From positions 2,556 to 66,555 of the forward strand of contig NJBF01000021.1 in assembly GCA_003144275.1 (NCBI GenBank): DNA of 64,000 nt, given 5' to 3'. This DNA is from Candidatus Heimdallarchaeota archaeon B3_Heim. GTDB lineage: Archaea; Asgardarchaeota; Heimdallarchaeia; Hodarchaeales; Hodarchaeaceae. The translations under genes were made by a program, and so were the position numbers. The notes under the pieces are model-generated. The model was not told the DNA's origin, did no database searches, and saw only the letters and a list, made by a program, of their open reading frames with translations. This document shows positions 28,780 through 39,590 of this stretch, one piece after another; positions within the stretch are counted from its first letter, which is position 1, and the number at the start of each line of letters is the position of its first letter.

Positions 28780-29928
28780 CTATTCAGAATCATTCGTTCC
28801 TATTACTCCTTTTTTCATTAACCGTTCTATGTCTTCGTTCATTCCAATTTCTTCTAAGATCTCTCTAGTATGTTCCCCTAAGCTAGGAGCAACTTGATAA
28901 TCGTGTGATATTTTAGGATTAAGATATGGAGAAGAAATTAATTTAATTGCTCCCAATTCAGGATGATTTGTCTCTGTCAATCTGGCTTTCTTTTGGAAAA
29001 TAGAATCTAAAGTAAGAACCTCTCCTCCTGGAATATCAAATCTAACAAATAGTTTAGTCCAATCATCTGTTGTACGCAAGGAAAAGATTTTGGGGAGTTC
29101 CTCCTCACATAATTCTAAATTATGTTGTTTGTCAATTAGATCAGAACGATCTACAGCATTACAAAAATTCTTCCAGAATTTGCTTTCAATTGGAGCAAAT
29201 GAAATGAATTTCTGATCCTTTGCTTGGTAAACACCATACCAAGGGATATAGCCTGAAAGAGCATGCAAAGTTCTCTCTGGTTCTCCTAAACCTGCTATAT
29301 ATTCCGCCGCAACAACTGATAGCCATGGAAGAAGGTGCTCAACCATTGAAATGTCATAATATTGAGGTACATCTTTCCGTTGGAGTAAGGCCCCTAAAAC
29401 TGTGATCACGGTCGGTAAGCTTCCTCCACCTATATCAGCAATGGGAACACCAGGGACAACAGGATAATTTTTTGGTCCTGTCAGATTTAAAATTCCAGCT
29501 TCACCAATATAGTTCAAATCATGGCCTACTCGGTTATCAGTGGACCCATATCCAGTTAATTGGCAATAAATTAGTTTTGAATTTATTTTAGAGAGAACAG
29601 AATATTCTATTTTTAATTTTCTTACCGTTGAGGGTCTGAATCCGACTATTACAATATCACACGTTTCCACTAGCTTATAGAAAATATCTAAACCCTCCTT
29701 TTGTTTTAAATTTATGGCTATTGACCGTTTATTTCGATTTAATAACAAATTTAATTGGGATTCGTGATCAACAAATGGCGGATAATGTCGAATGGGATCC
29801 CCAACTAAGGATTCAACTTTAATGACATCTGCACCAAAATCACCTAAGATTTGTGAAGCTAGTGGCCCAGGAAGGTTAGTAGTTAAATCTAATATTCTAA
29901 TTCCGTCGAGTACAGATCGTAGTGGCAT
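28780..29928 (-). CDS. Family III CoA-transferase (CaiB/BaiF family)
   Basis: N-terminal LDGIRILDLTTNLPGPLASQILGDFGADVIKVE is classic for this family. About 380 aa. Confidence 0.8.
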   Translation of the reverse strand: MPLRSVLDGIRILDLTTNLPGPLASQILGDFGADVIKVESLVGDPIRHYPPFVDHESQLNLLLNRNKRSIAINLKQKEGLDIFYKLVETCDIVIVGFRPSTVRKLKIEYSVLSKINSKLIYCQLTGYGSTDNRVGHDLNYIGEAGILNLTGPKNYPVVPGVPIADIGGGSLPTVITVLGALLQRKDVPQYYDISMVEHLLPWLSVVAAEYIAGLGEPERTLHALSGYIPWYGVYQAKDQKFISFAPIESKFWKNFCNAVDRSDLIDKQHNLELCEEELPKIFSLRTTDDWTKLFVRFDIPGGEVLTLDSIFQKKARLTETNHPELGAIKLISSPYLNPKISHDYQVAPSLGEHTREILEEIGMNEDIERLMKKGVIGTNDSE

Positions 29929-30070
29929 ACCGAATACAAGATAACCTTGGTTATATTTTTTCCTAATTTTTGAACAATACGCTTTTGATATTGTCTAGAA
30001 TCTAAAATATCAAACTTGAAGAATTAGAAATAAAAAAAGAAAGATAGAAAAAAAAAGAAGGAAGGATTGT

Positions 30071-31951
30071 TTACTTCCGTTTTCTTCTAATTATGGGGAT
30101 AGAAATGAATATCGCCAACAAGAAGGTTGCAATTTCAAATCCAGGGGCTCCATCGTCTTCTGTGGTTGTTGTAGTATCAGGAACTGTGGTGGTAGTAGTT
30201 GTTTTGTAGTAACCTGGAACCTCACGAATGCCGTCACCATTGTTGTCTATATATCCTGCATTTTCTAACATTAGTTTGGCTTTCGCTACATCCAGATCAT
30301 AATGTTCAATGTTTGGATTGTTATATCCAGCAAAGAATACCGAAGGAATAACGGAATCAGTGACAGTTGCATAGTCACCAAAAGCAAATTGTGCAATGGC
30401 TTGTGGATCTATTGCGTAAGCGATTGCTTTTCGTACGATTGGATCATCTAGAGGTTTCACTGCAAAGTTAAACTGCAAATAATAGTCCCATTGAGAAACT
30501 GCTTCATTTACACACTTGATATTTGGATAGTCATTACCTGGACCAACAGCATCTATTAATTCAGTAGACATGGTTTCATATCTCTCTGAGTCATAGAGAC
30601 CACTCTGCATACCCAAGATTCGATTCATCTCTGTACCCTCAACTTGGATTGTGAAGTTCTCAATTTTGGGGTATACTCCGGCAGCTATGGGGTTGCTACT
30701 TGAGTATTGTGGCATTCCTGCTCCACCAGTGTACCAATAATCGTCATATTGATCGAAAATGTGGAAACCAGATGAACCTCGTAAGCCAGACATATATACG
30801 AATGGACCTGTACCGACATGAGCAGCCCAGTCTGAGGGATCTTGCCATCGAGCGTCTGTAATGTTAGCACCTGCCCAAATGTGCTCAGGTAAAATACTTA
30901 TGGAACCTATATCATCAACGGCGAAAGCGTAGGGTTCTGTCAAATTAATCATGATAGTTTGACCATCAATCGCAACTGTATCAATTTTCTCGACACTTGA
31001 ATAGGATGGAGTCAGAGTTCCATTTGCTACTGTAAAGTCTAGAGTAAATTTGACATCATCGGGATTTAAATCTTCACCATCGTGCCATGTAACACCAGTT
31101 CGTAATGTGAAATTAAGGTGCATTCCATCAGCTGATTGGCTCCAGCTCTCTGCTAACCAAGGAACCTTTTGGAGGGACTCATTATAAGCAATGAGGTTAT
31201 CATAATGCAGATTTGCTGCAAAGCCAGAACGTGCATCTGTGTAAAGGAAGGGATTCAGATGGGTCACATCACTGGGATAAGCCATGACGAATTCTGTGGC
31301 ACCACTCATATTCATAATGGTCCATGGGTTGAAACCAGTAAATATTCCGCCAGGCATTGGTGAATAGCCAACCCATTCTTGTGTAATGAAGTGAGCATCG
31401 TTTGTCAAGAAGAGTGGAATATAAGGTAATAAATCAGCCATTAAGACCTGTGCTTCGAATAAAGCTGCTTTCAGCTCGATTGGATTTGTAGCACTTTGAC
31501 TGGCTTCTAATGCAGCATCAAGAGTATCATTGTACATAAATGCAAGGTTATCACCCCATGGATAATCTTGGGAAGAATGGCCTCGGAAATAAACATGATT
31601 GGGGATGGGTGAATAACCACCTGCCATTTCATACATCTCATAATCTCGATAATCGTTTACTACTGCACCCGCAGATTCATTTAGACGTCCCCCCTCATAA
31701 ATTTGGGGGTAGAAGACAGAATCATCTAATTGAGTGACAATTACATTCACTCCTATTTCTGCACACGCTTCCTTTATTCCTAAACCAGCATCTACGGAGA
31801 TCGTATCCCAGTCTAATACTAAGAGCTCGAAAGAAAGCTCTTCTTTTTGGGGTTGTTGAGAAACTGAACCCATAACTGGAGAGGAGAGACTAGTTAGGAA
31901 AAGGATAACGAATGCTAATCCTATTAAAGAGAAAGTTGTATTTTTTTTCAT
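30071..31951 (-). CDS. ABC transporter substrate-binding protein, family 5 (oligopeptide/dipeptide/nickel), with archaeal-style C-terminal anchoring
   Basis: Signal peptide, SBP_bac_5-like body. Thr-rich linker TTTTTTVPDTTTTTEDDGAPGF, then a transmembrane helix and RRKRK tail. It is the last gene of the Opp-like operon. Confidence 0.8.
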   Translation of the reverse strand: MKKNTTFSLIGLAFVILFLTSLSSPVMGSVSQQPQKEELSFELLVLDWDTISVDAGLGIKEACAEIGVNVIVTQLDDSVFYPQIYEGGRLNESAGAVVNDYRDYEMYEMAGGYSPIPNHVYFRGHSSQDYPWGDNLAFMYNDTLDAALEASQSATNPIELKAALFEAQVLMADLLPYIPLFLTNDAHFITQEWVGYSPMPGGIFTGFNPWTIMNMSGATEFVMAYPSDVTHLNPFLYTDARSGFAANLHYDNLIAYNESLQKVPWLAESWSQSADGMHLNFTLRTGVTWHDGEDLNPDDVKFTLDFTVANGTLTPSYSSVEKIDTVAIDGQTIMINLTEPYAFAVDDIGSISILPEHIWAGANITDARWQDPSDWAAHVGTGPFVYMSGLRGSSGFHIFDQYDDYWYTGGAGMPQYSSSNPIAAGVYPKIENFTIQVEGTEMNRILGMQSGLYDSERYETMSTELIDAVGPGNDYPNIKCVNEAVSQWDYYLQFNFAVKPLDDPIVRKAIAYAIDPQAIAQFAFGDYATVTDSVIPSVFFAGYNNPNIEHYDLDVAKAKLMLENAGYIDNNGDGIREVPGYYKTTTTTTVPDTTTTTEDDGAPGFEIATFLLAIFISIPIIRRKRK

Positions 31952-32181
31952 TCTTTTTCACCTATTGGTAAAAACTAACACGCGTAATCTGAGAAAAATT
32001 CCTTCTAATGTAAAATGTAAGATTTTACTTGGAACTTAGCCAGATTTCTAATACCATAATTTTGTTTAATAAGCTTTCTTTCTACGCAAATCTTGGTGAA
32101 AAATATTCGTATAGAATAAGTAAATGGTAAAAAAAAAGAATTTTTTTCATTTAATATATGTCAAAAGGATAAATTTCACGA

Positions 32182-33267
32182 TTAGTCACAGCTAACGTAG
32201 CTTGCACCATATCGTGCTTCGAGCTCTGCTGCTTTCTTGGCACGTCTCACATGCTTTTTCCAGGAATAAATTGTGATAGCTATCGCTAAGATGGTAAAAA
32301 AGAGGATGTAAAGCGGCCACGCAAAGAAGACTAGTGGATTGTCATATTTATAAGGATTGTAGAGATCAAACGTTTGGACTTTTACGCTGTACTCCTTTGT
32401 GTCAAAAAAGTCTGAACTGATGAACAGATAAACTCGGGAATGATCCGTGGCTGCAGGTGTAATACACAGAATATTGATTTCGAATAGAATATGACTATTT
32501 CCTGGAAAGAGATTCAGAGAGGGGAAAGAGTCTGATGATAATGAAACATTTTCTATCATTTTTCCACTAATATTTCCACGTAATACCGTTGAAGTAAGTT
32601 CAAGTACATTTTCATCTACCTCTACTCTGAATGTTAAATTCCTTAAGGCGGCTACTCCCTCGTTAGATATGTTATAAGTTAATTTTTGCTCCTGATTATT
32701 GAGAAGTGAAATCCGTGGAACCACAAAGCCTTCAATTTCAAGTGGGCTGCTATCTACCTTGAGGATTGGAAATTGAACCGTCATCGATCCTATCCCGTAT
32801 TGTAATGTATATACCTGCCCTTCCACCTGAGTGTCTATATCTAATCGGACTCCATCTTTGTGTAAATATACTTTATACAAAACTATTGGGTTGGTTAGAA
32901 AAGTCTGAGATCCTGTTATTATGAAACTCGTATTCTTCTCTTCTAGCTGATTGAAATCTCCAAGATCATGAACAGCTACTTCCTCCTCCGCAAAGAAGAG
33001 ACCACTTTCTAAGGTTATATTAATAGACAGATTCTGATGATTTAAATTTGATATTTCTCTTACCTCAATGGTAATATTAACTTCTTCCCAGTATTCCATT
33101 TCGCTTGGCGTTATTATTTGAAGAAAGAAATCTGCCCCAGCCTGTGAAGATTGGGGGATATTTATCTGACCATCGATGGCATGAAAATTAAGTATCATTC
33201 CGAGAAATAAACATACTAGAATAACATGTTTAACCTTCTTATTGAGTTTCATTAATCTAACCAACAT
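32182..33267 (-). CDS. Hypothetical exported protein with a C-terminal transmembrane helix, embedded in the Opp-like operon
   Basis: At 361 aa: signal peptide, beta-rich body, C-terminal transmembrane helix and a KK/RR tail. Overlaps the OppF-like gene by 16 nt. Confidence 0.45.
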   Translation of the reverse strand: MLVRLMKLNKKVKHVILVCLFLGMILNFHAIDGQINIPQSSQAGADFFLQIITPSEMEYWEEVNITIEVREISNLNHQNLSINITLESGLFFAEEEVAVHDLGDFNQLEEKNTSFIITGSQTFLTNPIVLYKVYLHKDGVRLDIDTQVEGQVYTLQYGIGSMTVQFPILKVDSSPLEIEGFVVPRISLLNNQEQKLTYNISNEGVAALRNLTFRVEVDENVLELTSTVLRGNISGKMIENVSLSSDSFPSLNLFPGNSHILFEINILCITPAATDHSRVYLFISSDFFDTKEYSVKVQTFDLYNPYKYDNPLVFFAWPLYILFFTILAIAITIYSWKKHVRRAKKAAELEARYGASYVSCD

Positions 33268-34265
33268 GCTGAGTACCTTCCATCTTTCATCATGAGCTCT
33301 GGTTCTTCATCAATACATTTTTCAAATTGAAAGGGGCAACGAGGAGCAAATCTGCATCCTGGCGGTAAATTAATTGCAGTGGGGATTTCCCCCTCAATTT
33401 CTATCCTTTCTCGTTTAGCATCAGGATCTGGTACAGGGATGTTTGAAATCAGAGCTTTTGAATATGGGTGGTGCGGGTTTTGTATAACTTGGTCAATGTT
33501 TCCTTTTTCCACAATTTTTCCCAAGTATAAAATTATGATGCGATGCCCCAAATATCTAGCTTGGGCTAAATCATGCGTAATGAACAAAATACCCATATTG
33601 TAGGCTGCTTGTAAATCTTGAAGCAGATTTAGAATTTCTATCCTCGTATTTGCGTCAAGCATGCTCGCAGGTTCGTCAGCAATAATAAATTCTGGGTCCA
33701 ATACTAACGCACGAGCAATAGATACCCTTTGTCGCTGACCGCCTGATAATTCATGAGGGAACCTTATACTGAATTCTGAGACAGGAATTAATCCCACGTC
33801 TTCCAATGCTTTAGCTACTCGTTTATGAGTTTCCGATTTTGGAAAAACATTTGTAACTTGCAGAGGTTCTGAAATCACATCATAGATGGTCATTCTTGGA
33901 TCCAAAGATTCATAGGGATTCTGAAAAATCATTTGCATGTGTCTGCGTAATTTTCGTATTTGCCGTTCTTTTACTTTTGCTATGTCTTTTCCCTTGTAAA
34001 TGATCTCTCCACCGGTTGGATCTTCCAATCTAAGTAATAATCTCGCAGCAGTAGTTTTACCTGACCCACTTTCACCGACTAGACAGACTACCTCACCCTG
34101 CTTTATCTCAAAAGAAATATCATCGACAGCTCTTACATATTCTTGTCTTCTACGAATTCCGTCTAGCAAACCAGTTCGAGTCGGAAACCATTTTCTGAGA
34201 TCCTTGATTGTAAATAGAATTTTTGTAGTAGAACTCATAATATCGTCTCTCCTGCATGAAAACAT
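33252..34265 (-). CDS. Oligopeptide/dipeptide ABC transporter ATP-binding protein (OppF/DppF-like)
   Basis: Walker [19 protein letters not shown], Walker [10 protein letters not shown], and the C-terminal Opp-type extension. Confidence 0.85.
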   Translation of the reverse strand: MFSCRRDDIMSSTTKILFTIKDLRKWFPTRTGLLDGIRRRQEYVRAVDDISFEIKQGEVVCLVGESGSGKTTAARLLLRLEDPTGGEIIYKGKDIAKVKERQIRKLRRHMQMIFQNPYESLDPRMTIYDVISEPLQVTNVFPKSETHKRVAKALEDVGLIPVSEFSIRFPHELSGGQRQRVSIARALVLDPEFIIADEPASMLDANTRIEILNLLQDLQAAYNMGILFITHDLAQARYLGHRIIILYLGKIVEKGNIDQVIQNPHHPYSKALISNIPVPDPDAKRERIEIEGEIPTAINLPPGCRFAPRCPFQFEKCIDEEPELMMKDGRYSACWLD

Positions 34266-35221
34266 GCAACGTGATGTCTAGAGGTAGAAAAAGGCTCAAA
34301 TGGAGGGATATCTTTCCTACATTCTTTTGTTGCCAATGGACACCGAGGATGAAAACGACAACCTGGTGGTGGATTTGCTAAATCGGGGGGAATTCCAGAT
34401 ATCGGTTCAATGCGTTTGCATTCACCCAATATACTTGGGAATGATCTAATTAACATTCTTGTGTAGGGATGAGCACCTTTGTGGAATACCGTAGAAGCAT
34501 CTCCGACTTCTACCATCTTTCCAGCGTACATGATTGCAACATCATCACATGATTCAGCAATTACACTTAAATCATGGGTTATAAACATGATTCCAAGATT
34601 ATAATTGGATTGAATTTCGTTTAAAAGCTTTAAAATCTTTTTTTCCACAATTACATCTAATGCAGTAACAGGTTCGTCTGCTATTAGCAGCTTTGGATCA
34701 CAAGCCATTGCCATAGCTATTATTGCTCTTTGTTTCATCCCACCAGAAAATTCATGGGGATAGTTTTTAATTCGGTCGGGGTCCAATCCAACGATTTCAA
34801 ATGATTCTTTGACTTTTTTCCAGGCTTCTTTTTTTCCTGATTTTGATTTTGAATTTTCTTTCTCAATAATTACTTCTGCGATTTGTTCTCCCACAGTCAT
34901 CACAGGATTAAAAGCATTCATTGCATATTGAAAAACATAAGAAAGTTCTTTCCATTTGGCTTTCCTCATTTCTTCCTTTGACTTCTTTAGAAGATCAACA
35001 CCATCTAAAAAAATCTCTCCATTTACAATTTTTCCAGCTGGAGGAAGCATTCGCATAATAGACAAGGCTGTTGTTGTCTTCCCACAACCACTTTCACCAG
35101 CCACTCCCAGAGTTTTCCCTTGATCAATAGTAAAACAAACATCATCAACTGCCCTCACACGTGATTCTTTCAGGAAAAAATGAGTGCTTAGATTCTTTAC
35201 TTCAAGTAAAACCATAATCAT
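34235..35221 (-). CDS. Oligopeptide/dipeptide ABC transporter ATP-binding protein (OppD/DppD-like)
   Basis: [27 protein letters not shown], and the C-terminal Opp-type extension. Confidence 0.85.
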   Translation of the reverse strand: MIMVLLEVKNLSTHFFLKESRVRAVDDVCFTIDQGKTLGVAGESGCGKTTTALSIMRMLPPAGKIVNGEIFLDGVDLLKKSKEEMRKAKWKELSYVFQYAMNAFNPVMTVGEQIAEVIIEKENSKSKSGKKEAWKKVKESFEIVGLDPDRIKNYPHEFSGGMKQRAIIAMAMACDPKLLIADEPVTALDVIVEKKILKLLNEIQSNYNLGIMFITHDLSVIAESCDDVAIMYAGKMVEVGDASTVFHKGAHPYTRMLIRSFPSILGECKRIEPISGIPPDLANPPPGCRFHPRCPLATKECRKDIPPFEPFSTSRHHVACFHAGETIL

Positions 35222-36135
35222 TACCTTTCTCTTAATCGGGGGTTTAGAACTTCATTTAGACTGAAACTGATCAATGAAAAACCAAGCGCTAGAAGCATGA
35301 TACTTATTCCAGGAGGAATAAAATGCCACCACGCGCCTAGAAGTATAGCATTTTCTCTTCCAGCCTCATAGAGAACTCTACCCCATGACCAGGATCCAAC
35401 AACTCCAAAGCCTAAGAAGCTCAGTCCAGCTTCCGCGATTATTGAATTTACAACTCCTAAAATAGCGTTAGCAAATATTAATGGGAACACATTTGGTAAA
35501 ATGTGGCTTGAAATGATATGTCTATTTCCTGCACCTACAGATTTTGATGCTTCAACAAATGCTCTCTGTTTGATGGAAAGAGTTTCAGAACGTACGATTC
35601 TAGCTGTTCCAGTCCATCCAAGTAGACCAATTATTAATATTAGATTTTCCATTCCTCCACCAAAGAGTGAGACAACTACGAGCATCAATGGTAATGTAGG
35701 AAGCTGAATGAAAAAGTCTGTGATCCGCATAAGTATTATATCAATCCACCCTCCATAATAACCAGAGACTAACCCAAATAGTGTACCAATGACTAATGAG
35801 ATGAACGCTGCTGATAAGCCTATTAACAAAGATATTTGGGCACCGTAAATCATTTGACTAAATATATCTCTCCCCAGACGATCAGTTCCAAGAGGATGTG
35901 AGGCTGAGGGGTTGTCACTGCGCTCCCCTACCATTGTTTTATTAGGATCATAAGGAGCCAAAATAGGAGCAAATACCCCCATCGTAACAAACAGAAGAAC
36001 AAGAAACATACCAATCATTCCAAAAGGACTATCCGTATATAGGTGCCAAAATCGTGTAAAACGAATTTTATACCTTTTGAAGAGAGAGGGAGTTGAATAC
36101 TTCCCAGAACCATTGTTTACAGTACTAATTGTCAT
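35221..36135 (-). CDS. Oligopeptide/dipeptide ABC transporter permease (OppC/DppC-like)
   Basis: Six transmembrane helices and an EAA-like loop (AFVEASKSVGAGNRHII). Overlaps OppD-like by 1 nt. Confidence 0.8.
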   Translation of the reverse strand: MTISTVNNGSGKYSTPSLFKRYKIRFTRFWHLYTDSPFGMIGMFLVLLFVTMGVFAPILAPYDPNKTMVGERSDNPSASHPLGTDRLGRDIFSQMIYGAQISLLIGLSAAFISLVIGTLFGLVSGYYGGWIDIILMRITDFFIQLPTLPLMLVVVSLFGGGMENLILIIGLLGWTGTARIVRSETLSIKQRAFVEASKSVGAGNRHIISSHILPNVFPLIFANAILGVVNSIIAEAGLSFLGFGVVGSWSWGRVLYEAGRENAILLGAWWHFIPPGISIMLLALGFSLISFSLNEVLNPRLRER

Positions 36136-36144
36136 TCTTATACC

Positions 36145-37170
36145 TCAGTAGCGAATTCGGGGGTCTAAATAAGCATAAATTATATCTGCAATAAAACTTG
36201 ACACGATTGCGACAGCTGCGACAAGTAAGAATAACCCTTGAAGTAATGGGTAGTCTGAATATGTAACTGCGTCAAATGTTAGTAGACCCAATCCATCCCA
36301 AGAAAATACAGTTTCAGTTAGGGTTGCACCGGAAACAAGATAGGTCATTGCCATTGCCAACACAGATATCATGGGTAACATGGCATTTTTTCGGGCGTGG
36401 GTAAAGAGAACTCTTCTTTCCTTTAATCCCTTAGCACGCGCAGTAGTTATGTAATCTTCGAGAAATATCCCAAGCATTTGATCCCGGGCAATTAAGAACC
36501 ACGCCCCAACAAAACTTATAGTTAACGTAGTTACAGGGCCGATTAAATGATAACCATAATCTATCGCCCAAGCGAAAATATCGGCGTATTTAGGATCTTC
36601 AATACGGGGAGATCCTGATAATGGTATGAGGTGGAATTGACCAAAGAAATAAAAAATAATTAGCATACCAAGCCAGAAAACGGGGGTTGAATAGCTTGTA
36701 AGGGTAACAAAAATTGAAACTAAGTCTGTTTTTGATTTGAACTTTGACGCAGCGATAGTACCAAAAATTATTGCTAGAACAAATGATAAAAGAATCGATA
36801 TTCCCATCAGTAGAATGGTATTGAGTAGTCGATGACCGAAAATTAGTTCAGATACCTCAGTTGGATAGTAGTAGAATGAGACACCTAAATCTCCTTCTAA
36901 TAAACGCTGTATATATATAATGAATTGGTCAAAGATTGGTAAATTCGTCCCATAACGTTCTTGTAGCACCTGACGGAATTCCGGTCTAACTTGTCCTGTT
37001 CTTCCCAAAACAGCAAGAGCAGGGTTTCCAGGCATGATACGAAATAACACGAAATTAAATATTACAGTTATAATTAGTAAAAATCCACTATCAAATGCTC
37101 TACGAGAGATATATCCTTTTAAACTCAATTTGTCCAACTTTTTCTTGCCAATTTTTAGTTTAGAGCGCAA
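36145..37170 (-). CDS. Oligopeptide/dipeptide ABC transporter permease (OppB/DppB-like)
   Basis: Six transmembrane helices with an EAA-like loop (YITTARAKGLKERRVLFTHA). Confidence 0.8.
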   Translation of the reverse strand: MRSKLKIGKKKLDKLSLKGYISRRAFDSGFLLIITVIFNFVLFRIMPGNPALAVLGRTGQVRPEFRQVLQERYGTNLPIFDQFIIYIQRLLEGDLGVSFYYYPTEVSELIFGHRLLNTILLMGISILLSFVLAIIFGTIAASKFKSKTDLVSIFVTLTSYSTPVFWLGMLIIFYFFGQFHLIPLSGSPRIEDPKYADIFAWAIDYGYHLIGPVTTLTISFVGAWFLIARDQMLGIFLEDYITTARAKGLKERRVLFTHARKNAMLPMISVLAMAMTYLVSGATLTETVFSWDGLGLLTFDAVTYSDYPLLQGLFLLVAAVAIVSSFIADIIYAYLDPRIRY

Positions 37171-37330
37171 ATAATTAATCTTTTAAGCGTAAAGATATCG
37201 ATAAACCCTGAATCGCAATCTTATAAACTGGAGAGTACTTATAAGACAGGATAGCAATCCATTGATTGCTAAATTTTAATATTCAATTGCATTATTAAGA
37301 CTATAGATAAATGAAATCTGTTAGGCAAAA

Positions 37331-37732
37331 TCATCTCAACTTTTTCGATAATAAACCTGGTTCTAAAGTACTCCATTGCCACAGAAATTTGCCGAAGTCA
37401 GTTTGACTTTCCCTGGAAGAGTGAGAGTAAGATTCATCCAGAGAAAAAATGCCATTGTCAGTATAACCAAGTTTTTCGATTACAGAAGTGCAATAATTCC
37501 TAGTATAAATAGAAGCTCTATCATTAATCTCATCTATACTTGAAATTAAAAAGAATAAATCCGTATCTACATTGGGCGCATCCCAAATTTTCGAACCACA
37601 GTAATCCGTACATAAAACTGCGTAATCATAACGAGAGCCTTGAGCAAATGTATGGGGTGACTTACTTTGTGTCACTGGTGCAAAATTTACCCCAATTAGG
37701 ATTAACAGAAAAGCTAAGTACCATTTGCCCAT
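37331..37732 (-). CDS. Small hypothetical secreted protein upstream of the Opp-like operon
   Basis: At 133 aa with a signal peptide MGKWYLAFLLILIGVNFAPVTQS. No family recognised. Confidence 0.35.
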   Translation of the reverse strand: MGKWYLAFLLILIGVNFAPVTQSKSPHTFAQGSRYDYAVLCTDYCGSKIWDAPNVDTDLFFLISSIDEINDRASIYTRNYCTSVIEKLGYTDNGIFSLDESYSHSSRESQTDFGKFLWQWSTLEPGLLSKKLR

Positions 37733-38039
37733 ATTCTACTTCATAATGATCACAATTCCCCGAAAATTACATGAATTTGTTTTTTCGAGAATAGAACATT
37801 CCACTTTGATTTTTTGGTTAACTTAGATTTTCACATAAGTGAGAAGCTTAAAAATCACAAATAAATAAGGTTGTTTGGAGTTGTTATACAGGATGGATCG
37901 TTTTCCTTACAAATAAAAATTACTTGATCTATATTCTACTCATACAGCGACAACTCTATGCTTTCCTTAATTTAAATCTTTTTTATAACTTAGTTTTACC
38001 ATTAAAATCATTATATCAAGTACTGAATGTTGGTGTCTG

Positions 38040-39578
38040 ATGATGGCTAAGAAAAAATCAAAGAAAACTACAACAAAACCACAAGTGAAAAAGGCCCCCA
38101 CAAAAGAGGACGAAAGTTTAGTTACATTCAATATATCAAAACAAAAGAACTTTTCAGAGTGGTTTACCAAGATTGTCCAAATTGCTGAATTAGCTGATAT
38201 GCGATATGGTGTAAAAGGGTTCCTAGTATACCAACCATGGTCCACTATAGCAATAAAACGAATGTTTGACCTCTATGAACAAGAATTGGAAGAATTTGGA
38301 CATAATCCAGTTATTTTTCCAAGTGTAATCCCTGAATCAAATTTTCAGGTCGAAGCTGATCATGTGGAGGGATTTGCTCCTGAAGTGTTTTGGATTTCCT
38401 CGGCAGGAAGTACTGGTATGTTAGAGGAACGACTTGCCCTAAGACCTACAAGTGAAACAGCAATGTATCCTTTATACTCCTTGTGGATAAGAAGCTGGCG
38501 TGATTTACCTCTTAAACTCTATCAATCAGGCAAAGTGTGGCGATACGAAGGAAAATCTACACGACCTTTCCTCAGGGGACGTGAATTCATCTGGATAGAA
38601 TCCCACAACGTATTCACGACTATGGAAGAAGCGGAAGCACAAACCCGTGAAGATATGCAAATTTCGATAAATGTAATGCATGACCGTTTTGGAATTCCAT
38701 TCATACAATTTCAGCGTCCAGAGTGGGATAAGTTTGCAGGAGCCGTTCATACATACGCTGCGGATACATTGATGCCCGATGGACGATTTCTTCAACTACC
38801 CTCTACTCATCTGTTAGGAGATAACTTTTCTAAGGCGTTTGGAATAAACTATATGGATGATGAAGGTGTATCACATCCTGCATATCAGACTTGTTACGGC
38901 CCAGCAATTTCAAGAATTTTTGGTGGAATGATTGCTGTACATGGTGATGACTCGGGATTGATTTTTCCTTTTGAAGTTGCTCCAGTTCAAGTGGTTATTG
39001 TCCCAATTTTGGCCAAAAAACAAGCAACTAAAGTCAAGAACTACGCTGAAGAACTCCGGATGCTTGTAAAGGCTATGGGCTATCGAGTTCAAATTGATGC
39101 TAGTGATAAACGTCCAGGGGATAAGTACTATTACTGGGAGATGAAAGGAGTTCCTATACGCCTAGAAGTTGGCCGTCGTGAAGCAAAGGAGGATCAGATT
39201 ACAATTTTTAGACGAGATAATCGAGAAAAAACTATAATATCCAAAACTGAATTAGAAGCAACAATAAAGAAGGTAGGTGCCGATCTGAATGAAAGTATTA
39301 AAGAACGAGCACAAGAATTTTTCGATTCTCGATTGGCCAGTGCCGAAACACTGAACGAATTAGTTGAACATATTAAATCACGAAAGATGGTTAAAATTCC
39401 ATGGTGTAGCATTGATTTAGACGGAGAAAATTGTGCTGAGGAGATTAAAGATCAATTAGCTGGTGCAGAAGTCCGGGGAATTGATGTTCAGGAAACAAAA
39501 ATTCCGTCCAAGGACGAAAAATGCTTTATTTGCGGAAACCAAGCAAAGTGCTTTGTTTACGTTGGAAAACAATACTGA
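38040..39578 (+). CDS. proS: Prolyl-tRNA synthetase, archaeal/eukaryotic type, with a Lys-rich N-terminal extension
   Basis: Class II core (RPTSETAMY, FLRGREFIWIESH, QTCYG). Archaeal-type C-terminal zinc domain that ends ...CFICGNQAKCFVYVGKQY. The N-terminus reads MMAKKKSKKTTTKPQVKKAPTKEDE. Confidence 0.85.
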   Translation: MMAKKKSKKTTTKPQVKKAPTKEDESLVTFNISKQKNFSEWFTKIVQIAELADMRYGVKGFLVYQPWSTIAIKRMFDLYEQELEEFGHNPVIFPSVIPESNFQVEADHVEGFAPEVFWISSAGSTGMLEERLALRPTSETAMYPLYSLWIRSWRDLPLKLYQSGKVWRYEGKSTRPFLRGREFIWIESHNVFTTMEEAEAQTREDMQISINVMHDRFGIPFIQFQRPEWDKFAGAVHTYAADTLMPDGRFLQLPSTHLLGDNFSKAFGINYMDDEGVSHPAYQTCYGPAISRIFGGMIAVHGDDSGLIFPFEVAPVQVVIVPILAKKQATKVKNYAEELRMLVKAMGYRVQIDASDKRPGDKYYYWEMKGVPIRLEVGRREAKEDQITIFRRDNREKTIISKTELEATIKKVGADLNESIKERAQEFFDSRLASAETLNELVEHIKSRKMVKIPWCSIDLDGENCAEEIKDQLAGAEVRGIDVQETKIPSKDEKCFICGNQAKCFVYVGKQY

Positions 39579-39590
39579 TCTTTATTACCA

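Noticed and set aside
37967-38245. 92-aa minus-strand ORF overlapping the start of proS.
   Set aside because: It overlaps the strongly supported ProRS N-terminus and its promoter region, and it is a hydrophobic junk-like sequence. It is a shadow ORF.
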